Below, one piece after another: positions 9,062 through 17,843 of a stretch of DNA of 24,000 bases (position 1 is the first letter of the stretch; every line of letters starts with the position of its first letter). Position numbers and translations under genes: made by a program. The stretch is from Bacillota bacterium (GTDB lineage Bacteria; Bacillota; DSM-12270; Thermacetogeniales; Thermacetogeniaceae). The stretch spans positions 31,395 through 55,394 of the forward strand of contig JABLXW010000015.1 of assembly GCA_013177945.1 (NCBI GenBank). The letters run 5' to 3'. The notes beneath the pieces were generated by a model that saw nothing but the letters and a program-made list of their open reading frames with translations, made no database searches and was not told the origin of the DNA.

Positions 9062-9286
9062 CTACTGGTTCTGTTTGTCAAAAACCTTGTACTGAGGCTC
9101 CTGCTGTTCGATGTAGTTGATCCGGCCCTTGATGCCGTCCCTGATCCTCTCCAGTTGGGAGGCGTAATCGGAAAACATCTTCTGGGCATTCTTGTCCTGG
9201 GTATCCAAAGCAAAGGACTTCAGTTCGGCGGTGACGGTTTCCAGTTGTGCCAGTAGCTGGTTCATTTTGACACCGATGGTCATCAC
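9062..9286 (-). CDS. DUF1657 family protein
   Basis: GVKMNQLLAQLETVTAELKSFALDTQDKNAQKMFSDYASQLERIRDGIKGRINYIEQQEPQYK. Confidence 0.8.
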   Translation of the reverse strand: MMTIGVKMNQLLAQLETVTAELKSFALDTQDKNAQKMFSDYASQLERIRDGIKGRINYIEQQEPQYKVFDKQNQ

Positions 9287-10099
9287 GATTTCCTCCTTTG
9301 AACATGTTGATTTTATTACTATTTTGCGCGCTTTTGGGAAAAAAATTTATGGTAAGGAAAGTTATATCCCAATTTCGCACCCTGAAATGAAACGGCCTTT
9401 AATTAATTTTTATGATGGCAGAAATGGAATGGCACCAATAAAAACTAGCAGCCCGTGTTAGTAATAAGGTTTATTGAGCACTTTAGCATCTTCCCCTTTT
9501 GGTCCTCAGTTTCCGGCGCCTGCGGTCCTTCAGGGTAAAGTTCTTGGGGATTCTCCCTCTTAAGAAGAAATCCACTTTTCTCAAAGATACCACATCACTA
9601 AATCCACGTAAATTTTTTGGATCAGGAAAAATCGCAGTTTCGGAAAACAGGAGAATGGCATCCCCGGACAAAGAGTCTTAGAAAATTGGAACTTCCACCA
9701 TCACCAGCCTCCTACGAGTCCTGGCGCTGCTTAAAGGTTACACCACTCGCTTGTTGCTTCAGCTTCACGAACCACTGTCCCAGGGAGGAGGGACTTCAAA
9801 AAGCTCAACAGAATCCGAATGGGAGTTCCCTCAAAATTCTGGATTCGACCCACACCAGAACCTTCCGTGCCCTCTGCCGGCAGCTTGAGGGCGGCACCTG
9901 CCGCCGCTGCTGCCTCTCCTGCTGCGCCGCCAACTGTTTTCTGCCCCTGCTTCGGGAAAGCATTCCTCGGGACTTTCCTCACTTAATTGTACCCGTGAAA
10001 GGATGTCGGTGATCGCCTTTGCAGTTAGCTGCGCTTGACGACCGTGCCCCGGCAGGGTTATACTGGTGAGTGAGAAGTTATCCAGGGGGGCTCAAAGGT

Positions 10100-10378
10100 A
10101 TGCCTTATATTGCTACCGTATCACAAAAAGGGTGGGTGGTCATACCGAAGGAACTCCGCGCAAAGCTCAAGATCCGCCCGGGAAGCAAGGTCCTCCTCGT
10201 GGAAGGGGAGGAGGGCCTGGTGATTACACCTCTCCCCGAGGACCCGATTGCTGCTTTCAGGGGGATGCTCAAGGGCTTTCCCCTGGTGGAAGAGCTGCTG
10301 GAGGCCAGGAAGGAGGAGGCTGCCCGTGAAGAGCTACGTGCTGGACAGCTACGCGGTGCTGGCGTACTTCCAGGATGA
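10100..10378 (+). CDS. AbrB/MazE-family antitoxin
   Basis: MPYIATVSQKGWVVIPKELRAKLKIRPGSKVLLVEGEEGLVITPL; ATG 10100; overlaps the PIN toxin. Confidence 0.87.
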   Translation: MPYIATVSQKGWVVIPKELRAKLKIRPGSKVLLVEGEEGLVITPLPEDPIAAFRGMLKGFPLVEELLEARKEEAAREELRAGQLRGAGVLPG

Positions 10379-10745
10379 AGAAGGGGCAGCCCAGGTGGAG
10401 GGACTGCTCCGGGAAGCCGCTGCAGGAAAGGCATCCCTGATCCTGTCTGCCGTCAACCTTGGGGAGGTCGCCTACATCACCCAGCAGAAGGCCGGGGCGA
10501 AAGGCAGGCGCAAACTTCTGGCTGCGCTGGACGCCCTTCCGGTTACGGTTGTAGACGCCGACCGGGGCCTTGCCCTCGCGGCGGCGGAGATCAAGGTAAA
10601 ACACGCCGTTTCCTACGCCGATTGCTTCGCGCTCGCCCTGGCCCGGCGCAGCGGGGGAACTGTGGTCACGGGGGACCCCGAGTTTAAAAAGGCAGAGGGG
10701 GTCGCGCCGGTTCACTGGCTCCCGGAAAAACCCAAACAACGCTAA
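10326..10745 (+). CDS. VapC-like PIN domain toxin
   Basis: MKSYVLDSYAVLAYFQDEEG...SAVNLGEVAYI...VSYADCFALALARRSGGTVVTGDPEF. Confidence 0.9.
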   Translation: MKSYVLDSYAVLAYFQDEEGAAQVEGLLREAAAGKASLILSAVNLGEVAYITQQKAGAKGRRKLLAALDALPVTVVDADRGLALAAAEIKVKHAVSYADCFALALARRSGGTVVTGDPEFKKAEGVAPVHWLPEKPKQR

Positions 10746-10773
10746 ACCCCTCAATTGATTTACCTTTATCTCA

Positions 10774-10940
10774 GCGGCCCCCGCAGCTCCAGGGGGGATG
10801 GAGTGCGAGGTAAGTTTGGTTTTTGCCTGCTTTTTGCAAACAAGAGCAAACAAGAGCAAACAAGAGAACCGACCCCTTGTTTTTTCTGTGCAGTCTGACG
10901 CAACAGGAGAACAGGACCGTTCCCTTGTTGCCCTTTGTTG
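10774..10940 (+). repeat. Dispersed hairpin repeat, copy b
   Basis: cggcccccgcagctccagggggg...gaggtaagtttggtttttgcctgctttttgcaaacaagagcaaacaagagcaaacaagagaaccgaccccttgttt, followed by a second hairpin with gcaacaggagaacaggaccgttcccttgttgc. Confidence 0.75.
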
Positions 10941-10945
10941 CTCTT

Positions 10946-11392
10946 TCAATATACACGGAGGATGTTCTTTGAAGTTAAGAAAAAATGGCTGTCAAATGTG
11001 AATACATCCTTAATATCAGTTTGCTGCTCTAAAATCACAAAGCTCACGGCATCCACATACGAAATGGCTTGATCACTGTATTTTTTTATTAGACGAAGCG
11101 CTTCTCTTTCAATCTCCGGTGTTGAATAAACCACCTGCAAAAAACTCGTGTTTTCGGCTTCTTTTATGCTCTCCAAAAACCGCAGTGCCGTGCGATAATT
11201 AACATTATAACGAATAAATGTATAAGTTTCAGATATAACAAGGTTGCTGGTAACCTGCACAACCCTGCCGGCAACCATTGCTTTGAAAACTGTTTTGGCC
11301 GTTTCATGGTTGGCATCATGCCTGAGCGCTAACGCAATCCAGGCACCGGTATCTACAAACACCTTATGGCCTGCCATATAAATATCTGTCAT
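10946..11392 (-). CDS. PIN domain toxin
   Basis: MAGHKVFVDTGAWIALALRHDANHE...SNLVISETYTFIR...ISYVDAVSFVILEQ...VFTFDSHF; ORF upper limit 11407. Confidence 0.82.
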   Translation of the reverse strand: MTDIYMAGHKVFVDTGAWIALALRHDANHETAKTVFKAMVAGRVVQVTSNLVISETYTFIRYNVNYRTALRFLESIKEAENTSFLQVVYSTPEIEREALRLIKKYSDQAISYVDAVSFVILEQQTDIKDVFTFDSHFFLTSKNILRVY

Positions 11393-11603
11393 GGTTAACC
11401 GACCCATCCTGCGGCCCCTCTGTTTCGTCGCTTATGCCGACAATCTCCAGCAGGGGGTTTTCCTGAAGCCTTTTTTTCTCCTGGCTTATGAAATTATCCA
11501 GAGCTTCCCGGATGATCTCAGCCTCCGTTACCATTTTGATCTTTGCCAGCTTCTTCAGCTCTTCATCCTGCTCCGGGAAGATGTATGTCTGTTTCCTCAC
11601 CAT
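11364..11603 (-). CDS. Ribbon-helix-helix type antitoxin
   Basis: MVRKQTYIFPEQDEELKKLAKIKMVTEAEIIREALDNFI; overlaps PIN toxin ORF; track ORF extends to 11669. Confidence 0.78.
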   Translation of the reverse strand: MVRKQTYIFPEQDEELKKLAKIKMVTEAEIIREALDNFISQEKKRLQENPLLEIVGISDETEGPQDGSVNHDRYLYGRP

Positions 11604-11749
11604 GCGTTGAGCCCGCTCCCGGCTACCGCTCACAGCATCCCTCCTCCATTTAGAAATTGTTATATACATTGTAAATTATCGTTTATGATGTTGTCAAACC
11701 ACAAGCAAGCACACCTGCGCGCCACATCCTGGATCAGCACCTTGTAACC

Positions 11750-11853
11750 AGGATTTCCCCAAGCGCCCCCCACAACTTCAGGGGGATGGAGCGCGAGGTA
11801 AGTTTGGTCTTTGCCTGCTTTTCGCAAACAAGAGGACCGTCCCTGTGTTTGTG
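11750..11853 (+). repeat. Dispersed hairpin repeat, copy c
   Basis: ggatttccccaagcgccccccacaacttcagggggatggagcgcgaggtaagtttggtctttgcctgcttttcgcaaacaagaggaccgtccctgtgtttgtg. Confidence 0.75.
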
Positions 11854-11939
11854 TAAAGATACCATATTTGCATCCCTTGCCTGCCTCTTGTTGCCCAAGC
11901 CGGAGGAATCGGCATCTTGTATCCCGGGCCGGCAAATGT

Positions 11940-11968
11940 TATACTTGTAGTAATACTTGCAGTAGTAC
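11940..11968 (+). promoter_or_regulatory. Short tandem repeats, possible autoregulatory operator of RHH/PIN module
   Basis: tatacttgtagtaatacttgcagtagtac: period of 12 bp just upstream of the aaaggaggt RBS. Confidence 0.4.
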
Positions 11969-11984
11969 AAAGGAGGTGCCGGGA

Positions 11985-12266
11985 ATGGGTGAAGGTTCAA
12001 ACAAGAGCAATACCAGCTTAAAAAAACCAAAAAAGCAGGCCTCTCAAATTACGGCGGTGAGACTGCCCTCCGAGGTTGTCTGCCGGATCGACGCCCTTGT
12101 GGGGAGGGGCAACCGCTCCAGGTTCATCGCAGCCGCCGTTGAAAAGGAATTAAAGCGGCGGGCGCGCCTTGCACACCTCGAAGAGGCGGGGGGTTTTATC
12201 CCTGACGACCTGGATGCCTTAGCCTTTGTGAACCGGCTGCGAGCTTGGGATGAGAGGGCTGATTGA
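11985..12266 (+). CDS. Ribbon-helix-helix antitoxin
   Basis: MGEGSNKSNTSLKKPKKQASQITAVRLPSEVVCRIDALVGRGNRSRFIAAAVEKELKRR; RBS aaaggaggt upstream of ATG 11985. Confidence 0.85.
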   Translation: MGEGSNKSNTSLKKPKKQASQITAVRLPSEVVCRIDALVGRGNRSRFIAAAVEKELKRRARLAHLEEAGGFIPDDLDALAFVNRLRAWDERAD

Positions 12267-12668
12267 GTGGCTTCCCGCGGCTTTCTGCTCGACACCGATT
12301 TCTTGATCGATTTGAACCGGAGCAGGCGCCACGTTTTGCGCCAGCGGGCGGAAAAGCTCTTGCTCAGCATCAATGACGCCGACCTCTACATTTCCAGTGT
12401 GGCGGTTGCGGAATTCTTGACCGGGGTCCCGGAAGACAGACAGGAAGAAGTGCAGAAAATGCTCCAGGAGCAATACTTTTACCTTGCTCCTGCTTATGAG
12501 GAGGCTGTCTTTGCCGGAAGGCTGCGCCGGGAGTGGCTTGCGCGGGGCTATACCCTGGCTCTTTCCGATGTCACCAATGCTGCCCTGGCAATCTCCCGGA
12601 AACTGGCCCTGGTGACGAGGAATGTTTCTCACTACCCCTTTTCTGAGCTTGCGATTATTGAATGGTGA
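12267..12668 (+). CDS. VapC-like PIN domain toxin
   Basis: GFLLDTDFLIDLNRSRR...ISSVAVAEFLTG...LALSDVTNAALAISRKLALVTRNVSHYPF; GTG directly after the antitoxin stop. Confidence 0.87.
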   Translation: MASRGFLLDTDFLIDLNRSRRHVLRQRAEKLLLSINDADLYISSVAVAEFLTGVPEDRQEEVQKMLQEQYFYLAPAYEEAVFAGRLRREWLARGYTLALSDVTNAALAISRKLALVTRNVSHYPFSELAIIEW

Positions 12669-12809
12669 CAGACTGATGCAAGGAAGACTGAAGGAAGAAG
12701 ATATGCTAGACGACATAGCAAAAATTGCCAAAGCCTTATTTACGTTTTCATTACGATGGTAGAACACCTGCTTTTTCTGAGATATAATATGCCCAGGAGG
12801 TGCTTGTAA

Positions 12810-13043
12810 ATGATTGAGCGTATTTCCATTGACCCTGCTGTCTGCCACGGGCAGGCTTGCATCAAAGGAACACGTATTCCTGTGCACCAGATTATTAGTA
12901 TGCTGGCAAACGGAGATACCATTGAGGAATTGTTAGAGGAGTACCCTTCCCTTAAAAGGGAAGATATTTTGGCATGCCTTGAATATGCTGCTTTACTTGC
13001 GGAAGAACAAATTATCCCGTTTGAGGCTATGAATAAGCCATGA
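12810..13043 (+). CDS. DUF433 antitoxin
   Basis: [48 protein letters not shown]. Confidence 0.88.
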   Translation: MIERISIDPAVCHGQACIKGTRIPVHQIISMLANGDTIEELLEEYPSLKREDILACLEYAALLAEEQIIPFEAMNKP

Positions 13044-13155
13044 GGATTTATGTAGATGAAAATATCCCTGCAAAGACAGTCCGTGCTCTGCGAGAACTTG
13101 GTCATGAAGTATTTGATCACCGGGGTACGCCAAGAGAAGGGATCGCCGATCAATC
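13040..13155 (+). pseudogene. DUF5615 (PIN-like) toxin, truncated by dispersed repeat
   Basis: MRIYVDENIPAKTVRALRELGHEVFDHRGTPREGIADQ, after which the frame enters repeat copy d (ORF formally runs to 13297). Confidence 0.78.
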
Positions 13156-13380
13156 AGGGGGTCAGGCCCCATCTCAAGAAAGAAGAAGTCGCGGAGGCTT
13201 ATGCTGTTCTGAAAAGCAGCGGCTTGCTGGAAAGTTGAACTTTTACGCTCGCGATTTCCCCCGGCGGCCCCCGCAGTTCCAGGGGGATAGGGCATGAGGT
13301 AAGTTTGGTCTTTGCCTGCTTTTCCTTTTCGCAAATCGCAAACAAGAGAACCGTCCCCTTGTTTGCCCTTGTTTGCCAGT
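13154..13380 (+). repeat. Dispersed hairpin repeat, copy d (long form)
   Basis: tcagggggtcaggccccatctcaagaaagaagaagtcgcgg...gctggaaagttgaacttttacgctcgcgatttccccc...gcaaacaag-agaaccgtccc-cttgtttgc; near-identical to 15986..16206. Confidence 0.85.
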
Positions 13381-13427
13381 AAAATAAAAAACAGCAGGCA
13401 CATATCGCCTGCAGATGCCTTTCCCAG

Positions 13428-13664
13428 TTACCGCTTGCTCGCGTTCAAAATGGTCACACCAACGACTTCGTTTCCCCGGTAGCGCACCACGATGTCGTCC
13501 GCAACGAATTCGCTGTCGTCAGCAGCAACCGGCTGCTCGGTGAAGTGCACATACAGAACGTCTCCTACCGGGTCGTAGGATGCCCGCAGGAGGGGAAGGC
13601 CGGATCTTACGACCGCTTGCGATACCGTTTCGGCAAGCTTAATATAGCTCATTGCTTCGGCCAT
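13428..13664 (-). CDS. DUF2283 family protein, likely antitoxin
   Basis: ASYDPVGDVLYVHFTEQPVAADDSEFVADDIVVRYRGNEVVGVTILNASKR. Confidence 0.78.
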   Translation of the reverse strand: MAEAMSYIKLAETVSQAVVRSGLPLLRASYDPVGDVLYVHFTEQPVAADDSEFVADDIVVRYRGNEVVGVTILNASKR

Positions 13665-13969
13665 ACAATCACCCTCTTTTCCAGTTGCCTAACCTTCCGG
13701 GTTAGGAATGCTGTTATGATGAATCCGTCACCAGGGCCTGTTTCCTTATACACCACTACCAGGAACTTCCCGGCCGTTATTTCCCGGATGGCCAACAACT
13801 CACCGCGGCTCCCTGACAAAACTTTAAGGGGTCTCCTGACGGTGAGAAGCACCTCCCGGCGCAATTCTTCGAGTTCCGGATGCTCCTCGACTATATGCTG
13901 CCACCGTTCCTCTGACAGTCTAATCCAGATACCGGAAACAGCATGTGTTCCCATCCTCTGCTCGGTCAC
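13649..13969 (-). CDS. Putative BECR/RelE-like RNase toxin paired with DUF2283
   Basis: ERWQHIVEEHPELEELRREVLLTVRRPLKVLSGSRGELLAIREI...KFLVVVYKETGPGDGFIITAFLTRKVRQLEKR; 16-bp overlap with DUF2283 gene. Confidence 0.6.
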   Translation of the reverse strand: MTEQRMGTHAVSGIWIRLSEERWQHIVEEHPELEELRREVLLTVRRPLKVLSGSRGELLAIREITAGKFLVVVYKETGPGDGFIITAFLTRKVRQLEKRVIVWPKQ

Positions 13970-14050
13970 TATTCTCCAGCTCTCCTTCTATGACACTAGT
14001 CTATCAGAAATCTGGCAGGTCAGCAATATTATGATAAAATCAGAACAAAA

Positions 14051-14130
14051 GTTCCCTTCCGTTTAGGCATTTCCCCGAACGCTTCTGGTTGTACCCGGGG
14101 ATGTCGTCCTGCGTTGCAGCCCCAATGCTT
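14051..14130 (+). repeat. Copy 1 of a second repeat segment
   Basis: gttcccttccgtttaggcatttccccgaacgcttctggttgtacccggggatgtcgtcctgcgttgcagccccaatgctt; matches 15742..15814. Confidence 0.75.
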
Positions 14131-14282
14131 TTGAGCTTTTACGCCCGGGATTTCCCCCGGCGGCCCCCGCACCTCCAAGGGGGATGGAGTGCGAGGCAGG
14201 TTTGGTCTTTGCCTGCTTTTCGCAAACAAGAGCAAACAAGAGAACCGTACCCTTGTTTGCCAGTCCCCTTGTTTGCCCCCTT
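14131..14282 (+). repeat. Dispersed hairpin repeat, copy e
   Basis: gagcttttacgcccgggatttcccccggcggcccccgcacctccaagggggatgg...gcaaacaagagcaaacaagagaaccgtacccttgtttgcc. Confidence 0.8.
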
Positions 14283-14307
14283 GGTTGCCCTTGGTTGCAA
14301 CCCTGCA

Positions 14308-14985
<678 letters not shown>

Positions 14986-15201
14986 GGCACTGGTTCATGA
15001 GCAGCTCCAACGGGGGGAGGTGGACGTGCTCCGCCCGTATCTTTTGCTTGAGCGTTACCGGCAATTACTGGAGGATCTCCACGAGCCTTGCCGTTGTGGC
15101 GGAGCGGCATGAAGAAAAACCGGTCGGCTGCTGGAAAGTTAAACTTTGCGCCTAATTTTCTGTTTTATACTTTATGCTAGAGAAAAATCGGAGTGAGGCT
15201 T

Positions 15202-15546
15202 ATGATTTCCGGCTTGAATCCTTTGCGGGAAACCGATAAAAAGGCTGTCGTGGAGTTCTGCACCCTCCTCCGGAGGAAGCTGAAAGACAACTTGCGGCAG
15301 ATCAGATTGTTCGGCTCTAAGGCCAGGGGAGATGACGACCCCGAGTCGGATATTGACATCCTGCTGCTTGTGGAAAAACGAGATCCTGTTGTAGAAGATC
15401 AAATTATTGACATCGCCTATGAGGTAAGTTTGAAATACGATGTTGTCATGATGCCGGTAGTGCTGTCAGTTGACGAGTATTTGAGTTCCTTATCGAGAGC
15501 CAGCCTTTTTTACCGTCATACTCAAAACGAAGGTCTGGTATTATGA
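15202..15546 (+). CDS. MNT-type nucleotidyltransferase
   Basis: IRLFGSKARGDDDPESDIDILLLVEKRD. Confidence 0.86.
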   Translation: MISGLNPLRETDKKAVVEFCTLLRRKLKDNLRQIRLFGSKARGDDDPESDIDILLLVEKRDPVVEDQIIDIAYEVSLKYDVVMMPVVLSVDEYLSSLSRASLFYRHTQNEGLVL

Positions 15547-15741
15547 ATGAGGATTTTCTCGCATTGGCTCGGTTTCGCGTGAACAGAGCAAAAGAGACGC
15601 TGTCCGAGACCAGGCTGTTGTTGGATGCCGGGCATCTAAACGGTGCGGTTAACCGCTTGTATTATGCTGCTTTTTATGCCGCCCGTGCTATCCTGGCTAC
15701 CAAAGGGCTCGATTCATCGAAACACAGCGGCGTAGAACAGT
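15543..15741 (+). pseudogene. HEPN domain protein truncated by repeat segment
   Basis: MNEDFLALARFRVNRAKETLSETRLLLDAGHLNGAVNRLYYAAFYAARAILATKGLDSSKHSGV, then repeat at 15742; stop 15743. Confidence 0.8.
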
Positions 15742-15814
15742 AGTTCCCTTCTATTTAGACATTTCTCCGAACCCTTCTGATGTATACCCCAGGATGTCGT
15801 CCTGCGTCGCAGCC
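15742..15814 (+). repeat. Copy 2 of second repeat segment
   Basis: gttcccttctatttagacatttctccgaacccttctgatgtataccccaggatgtcgtcctgcgtcgcagccccaatgctt. Confidence 0.75.
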
Positions 15815-15985
15815 CCAATGCTTCTTGCATACTTTGGCAATGACGTTAAAGCAAAGGTGGAAAAGCTGCTTTCGATCTTGGGAGACAAACCGGTGCGGTT
15901 CCTGGAGTGCGTAGCCACCACCCATTATGCTTACCGTTCCTGCTCCCTGAGGAAAACAGGTCATTTGCTTCCCTTGAGAAAGTCG

Positions 15986-16206
15986 TCAGGGGGTCAGGCC
16001 CCATCTCAAGAAAGAAGAAGTCGCGGAGGCTTATGCTGTTCTGAAAAGCAGCGGCTTGCTGGAAAGTTGAACTTTTACGCTCGCGATTTCCCCCAATGGC
16101 CCCCACAGCTCCAGGGGGATGGGGCATGAGGTAAGTTTGGTCTTTGCCTGCTTTTCGCAAACAAGAGAACCGTCCCCTTGTTTGCTACGTCCCCTTGTTT
16201 GCCATT
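15986..16206 (+). repeat. Dispersed hairpin repeat, copy f (long form)
   Basis: tcagggggtcaggccccatctcaag...gcaaacaagagaaccgtccccttgtttgctacgtccccttgtttgcc. Confidence 0.85.
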
Positions 16207-16408
16207 TTGCCCGGGGCATTCGCAGTTTTTGCCTTTGAAGATCTTGAGGGGGATTCCATTTTCAGTACCGGCCGGGAAGACAACCGGGAAGGCAAAAATT
16301 TGCGTGATTTTCGGCGGGGCAGTGATTTTACTTTTTAAGGAAGGGCGCTGGGAATAGCCGACTCCACTCCCTCACGGGCCCCCTGGATGACTCGAGGATC
16401 TTTAAACT

Positions 16409-16843
16409 TTGGGCTTTCAGCCGGAAGAAAAAGTAAAGGTGAAAGTGGAATTCATGCGCATGCTGGCCCGGATGAAGCTGGACCCGGCCCGGATGGAACT
16501 GTTGGCCGGCTTTTTCGAGACTTACTTGAAACTGAACCGCAAGGAAGAAGAACAATATAACCGGGAACTGGGTAAACTGGATAGCAAGGAGGTTGACGTA
16601 ATCATGCAGATTACTACTGGTTGGCATGAAAAAGGTCGTGCGGAAGGCAAAATCGAAGCCAAGCGGGAAGTTATATGCAAATACCTGTTCCGCAAGTTTG
16701 GGGATAAATCGTCTGACCTGCAACAAAAGGTCCAGCAGATAACCAGTCTGGAAGTGCTGGACTATGTCCTGGAGGAGCTTTTTGCCGCCAATACCATCGA
16801 AGAAGCCCGGGCCGTTGTCAATAACGGTGCAGGTGTCATTTAA
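16409..16843 (+). pseudogene. C-terminal part of Rpn-family PD-(D/E)XK nuclease/putative transposase
   Basis: FFETYLKLNRKEEEQYNRELGKLDSKEVDVIMQITTGWHEKGRAEGKIEAKREVI; nuclease N-terminus missing. Confidence 0.6.
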
Positions 16844-17280
16844 ATAGGCGGGATTAGCGAGAGATAATTTTTTTGGTCGAGGAAGCCCCGGAAGGTGGTT
16901 ACACAGCACGAGCCCTCGGCCACTCTATATTATTTATTTTTTACTCTCGTTTTAAGCAGCAAGGCCCCTCCCGAGCACCATGTCAGAACATTCCGCGTCG
17001 CCCCTTGGAGTTCAGCGCACCAACCCCCGTTTCGCTTGCCTGCCGATCGGTGCTGTGTTTTTAAAATCCCAGATTGCCTTGTTGATCGGGCAGGAAGTTC
17101 CGGCTTTTTGTCGAATTTCCTTTTTGTGGTTTTTCTTTACAGCGATGACGAATTAGTTCCTGAAGCTTGAGAGGTCATTGGGACTGAGTGGGATGCGCTT
17201 CAAGATCCCAGAGTTGGAATGATTTGCTTTCGGTGCCAAGATGAGAAAGGAAGATTATTGGAAAATTTCTGCAAATCAGC

Positions 17281-17309
17281 ACAAAAGGCAGGAAAATCCT
17301 GCCTTTTGT
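17281..17309. repeat. Perfect 12-bp inverted repeat / possible terminator hairpin
   Basis: acaaaaggcagg-aaaat-cctgccttttgt. Confidence 0.8.
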
Positions 17310-17414
17310 CGAATCCTAAATTCTAAATCCTAAAACTATAAGACCTCAGGTCCAAATAAAAATTATCCTCCGTTTCAAGAGCCAAATTGTTTATCAAGGA
17401 GTCAAATCGTTTGA

Positions 17415-17843
17415 ATGAGAAAAAAGCATGTCACCGTCATAATTACTTCTCTTAGTTTGTCTGTGCTTCTTCTCATTCTTCTTTTGCATTACAATAGCTG
17501 GCTGGTCGGTGCCGTTAAGAGGCAGGCAGAAGACGTTCTGGTGAGCGTAATTACCACCATTTTAGTATCAGCTGGAAGCGGAGCGGTAATCTGGTTCCGC
17601 AAGTATTATAAGCAGCGCAGGAAACACCAGATACCGTACCACCGCGAATTCAGGATAGGCAGATGGACACCTTCCCGCGACGTTCCCTTTATTTTTGCCG
17701 ATGGAGTAGATCTCGATAAGCCCCGGCGCCTGTCACCGGCCGAGATTCACTGCGGGGAGGTCGAATCCCGTTTTAAATCCCTTCTGACTTATTGCCTTAC
17801 CGGGAGACGATCGTTGAAGCCTACAGCAGAGAGGGGTTTTTAA
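17415..17843 (+). CDS. N-terminal two-TM part of a probable 2TM-NUDIX protein
   Basis: VTVIITSLSLSVLLLILLLHYNSWLVGAVKRQAEDVLVSVITTILVSAGSGAVIWF: two hydrophobic helices; overlaps next ORF in another frame. Confidence 0.65.
   Translation: MRKKHVTVIITSLSLSVLLLILLLHYNSWLVGAVKRQAEDVLVSVITTILVSAGSGAVIWFRKYYKQRRKHQIPYHREFRIGRWTPSRDVPFIFADGVDLDKPRRLSPAEIHCGEVESRFKSLLTYCLTGRRSLKPTAERGF

Noticed and set aside
9483-10012. Overlapping short ORFs on both strands around 9.5-10.0 kb
   Set aside because: No domain recognised; might be old transposon debris but I cannot support it.
10269-10949. 226-aa minus-strand ORF
   Set aside because: Antisense to VapC and through repeat b; GDGSLVCEKQAKTKL-type peptides recur wherever the repeat is translated.
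11660-12373. Minus-strand ORFs over the RHH/PIN module
   Set aside because: Antisense to the 11985-12266 antitoxin and built partly from repeat c.
16328-16909. 193-aa minus-strand ORF
   Set aside because: Antisense to the Rpn-like C-terminal fragment, which has clear family-like sequence.
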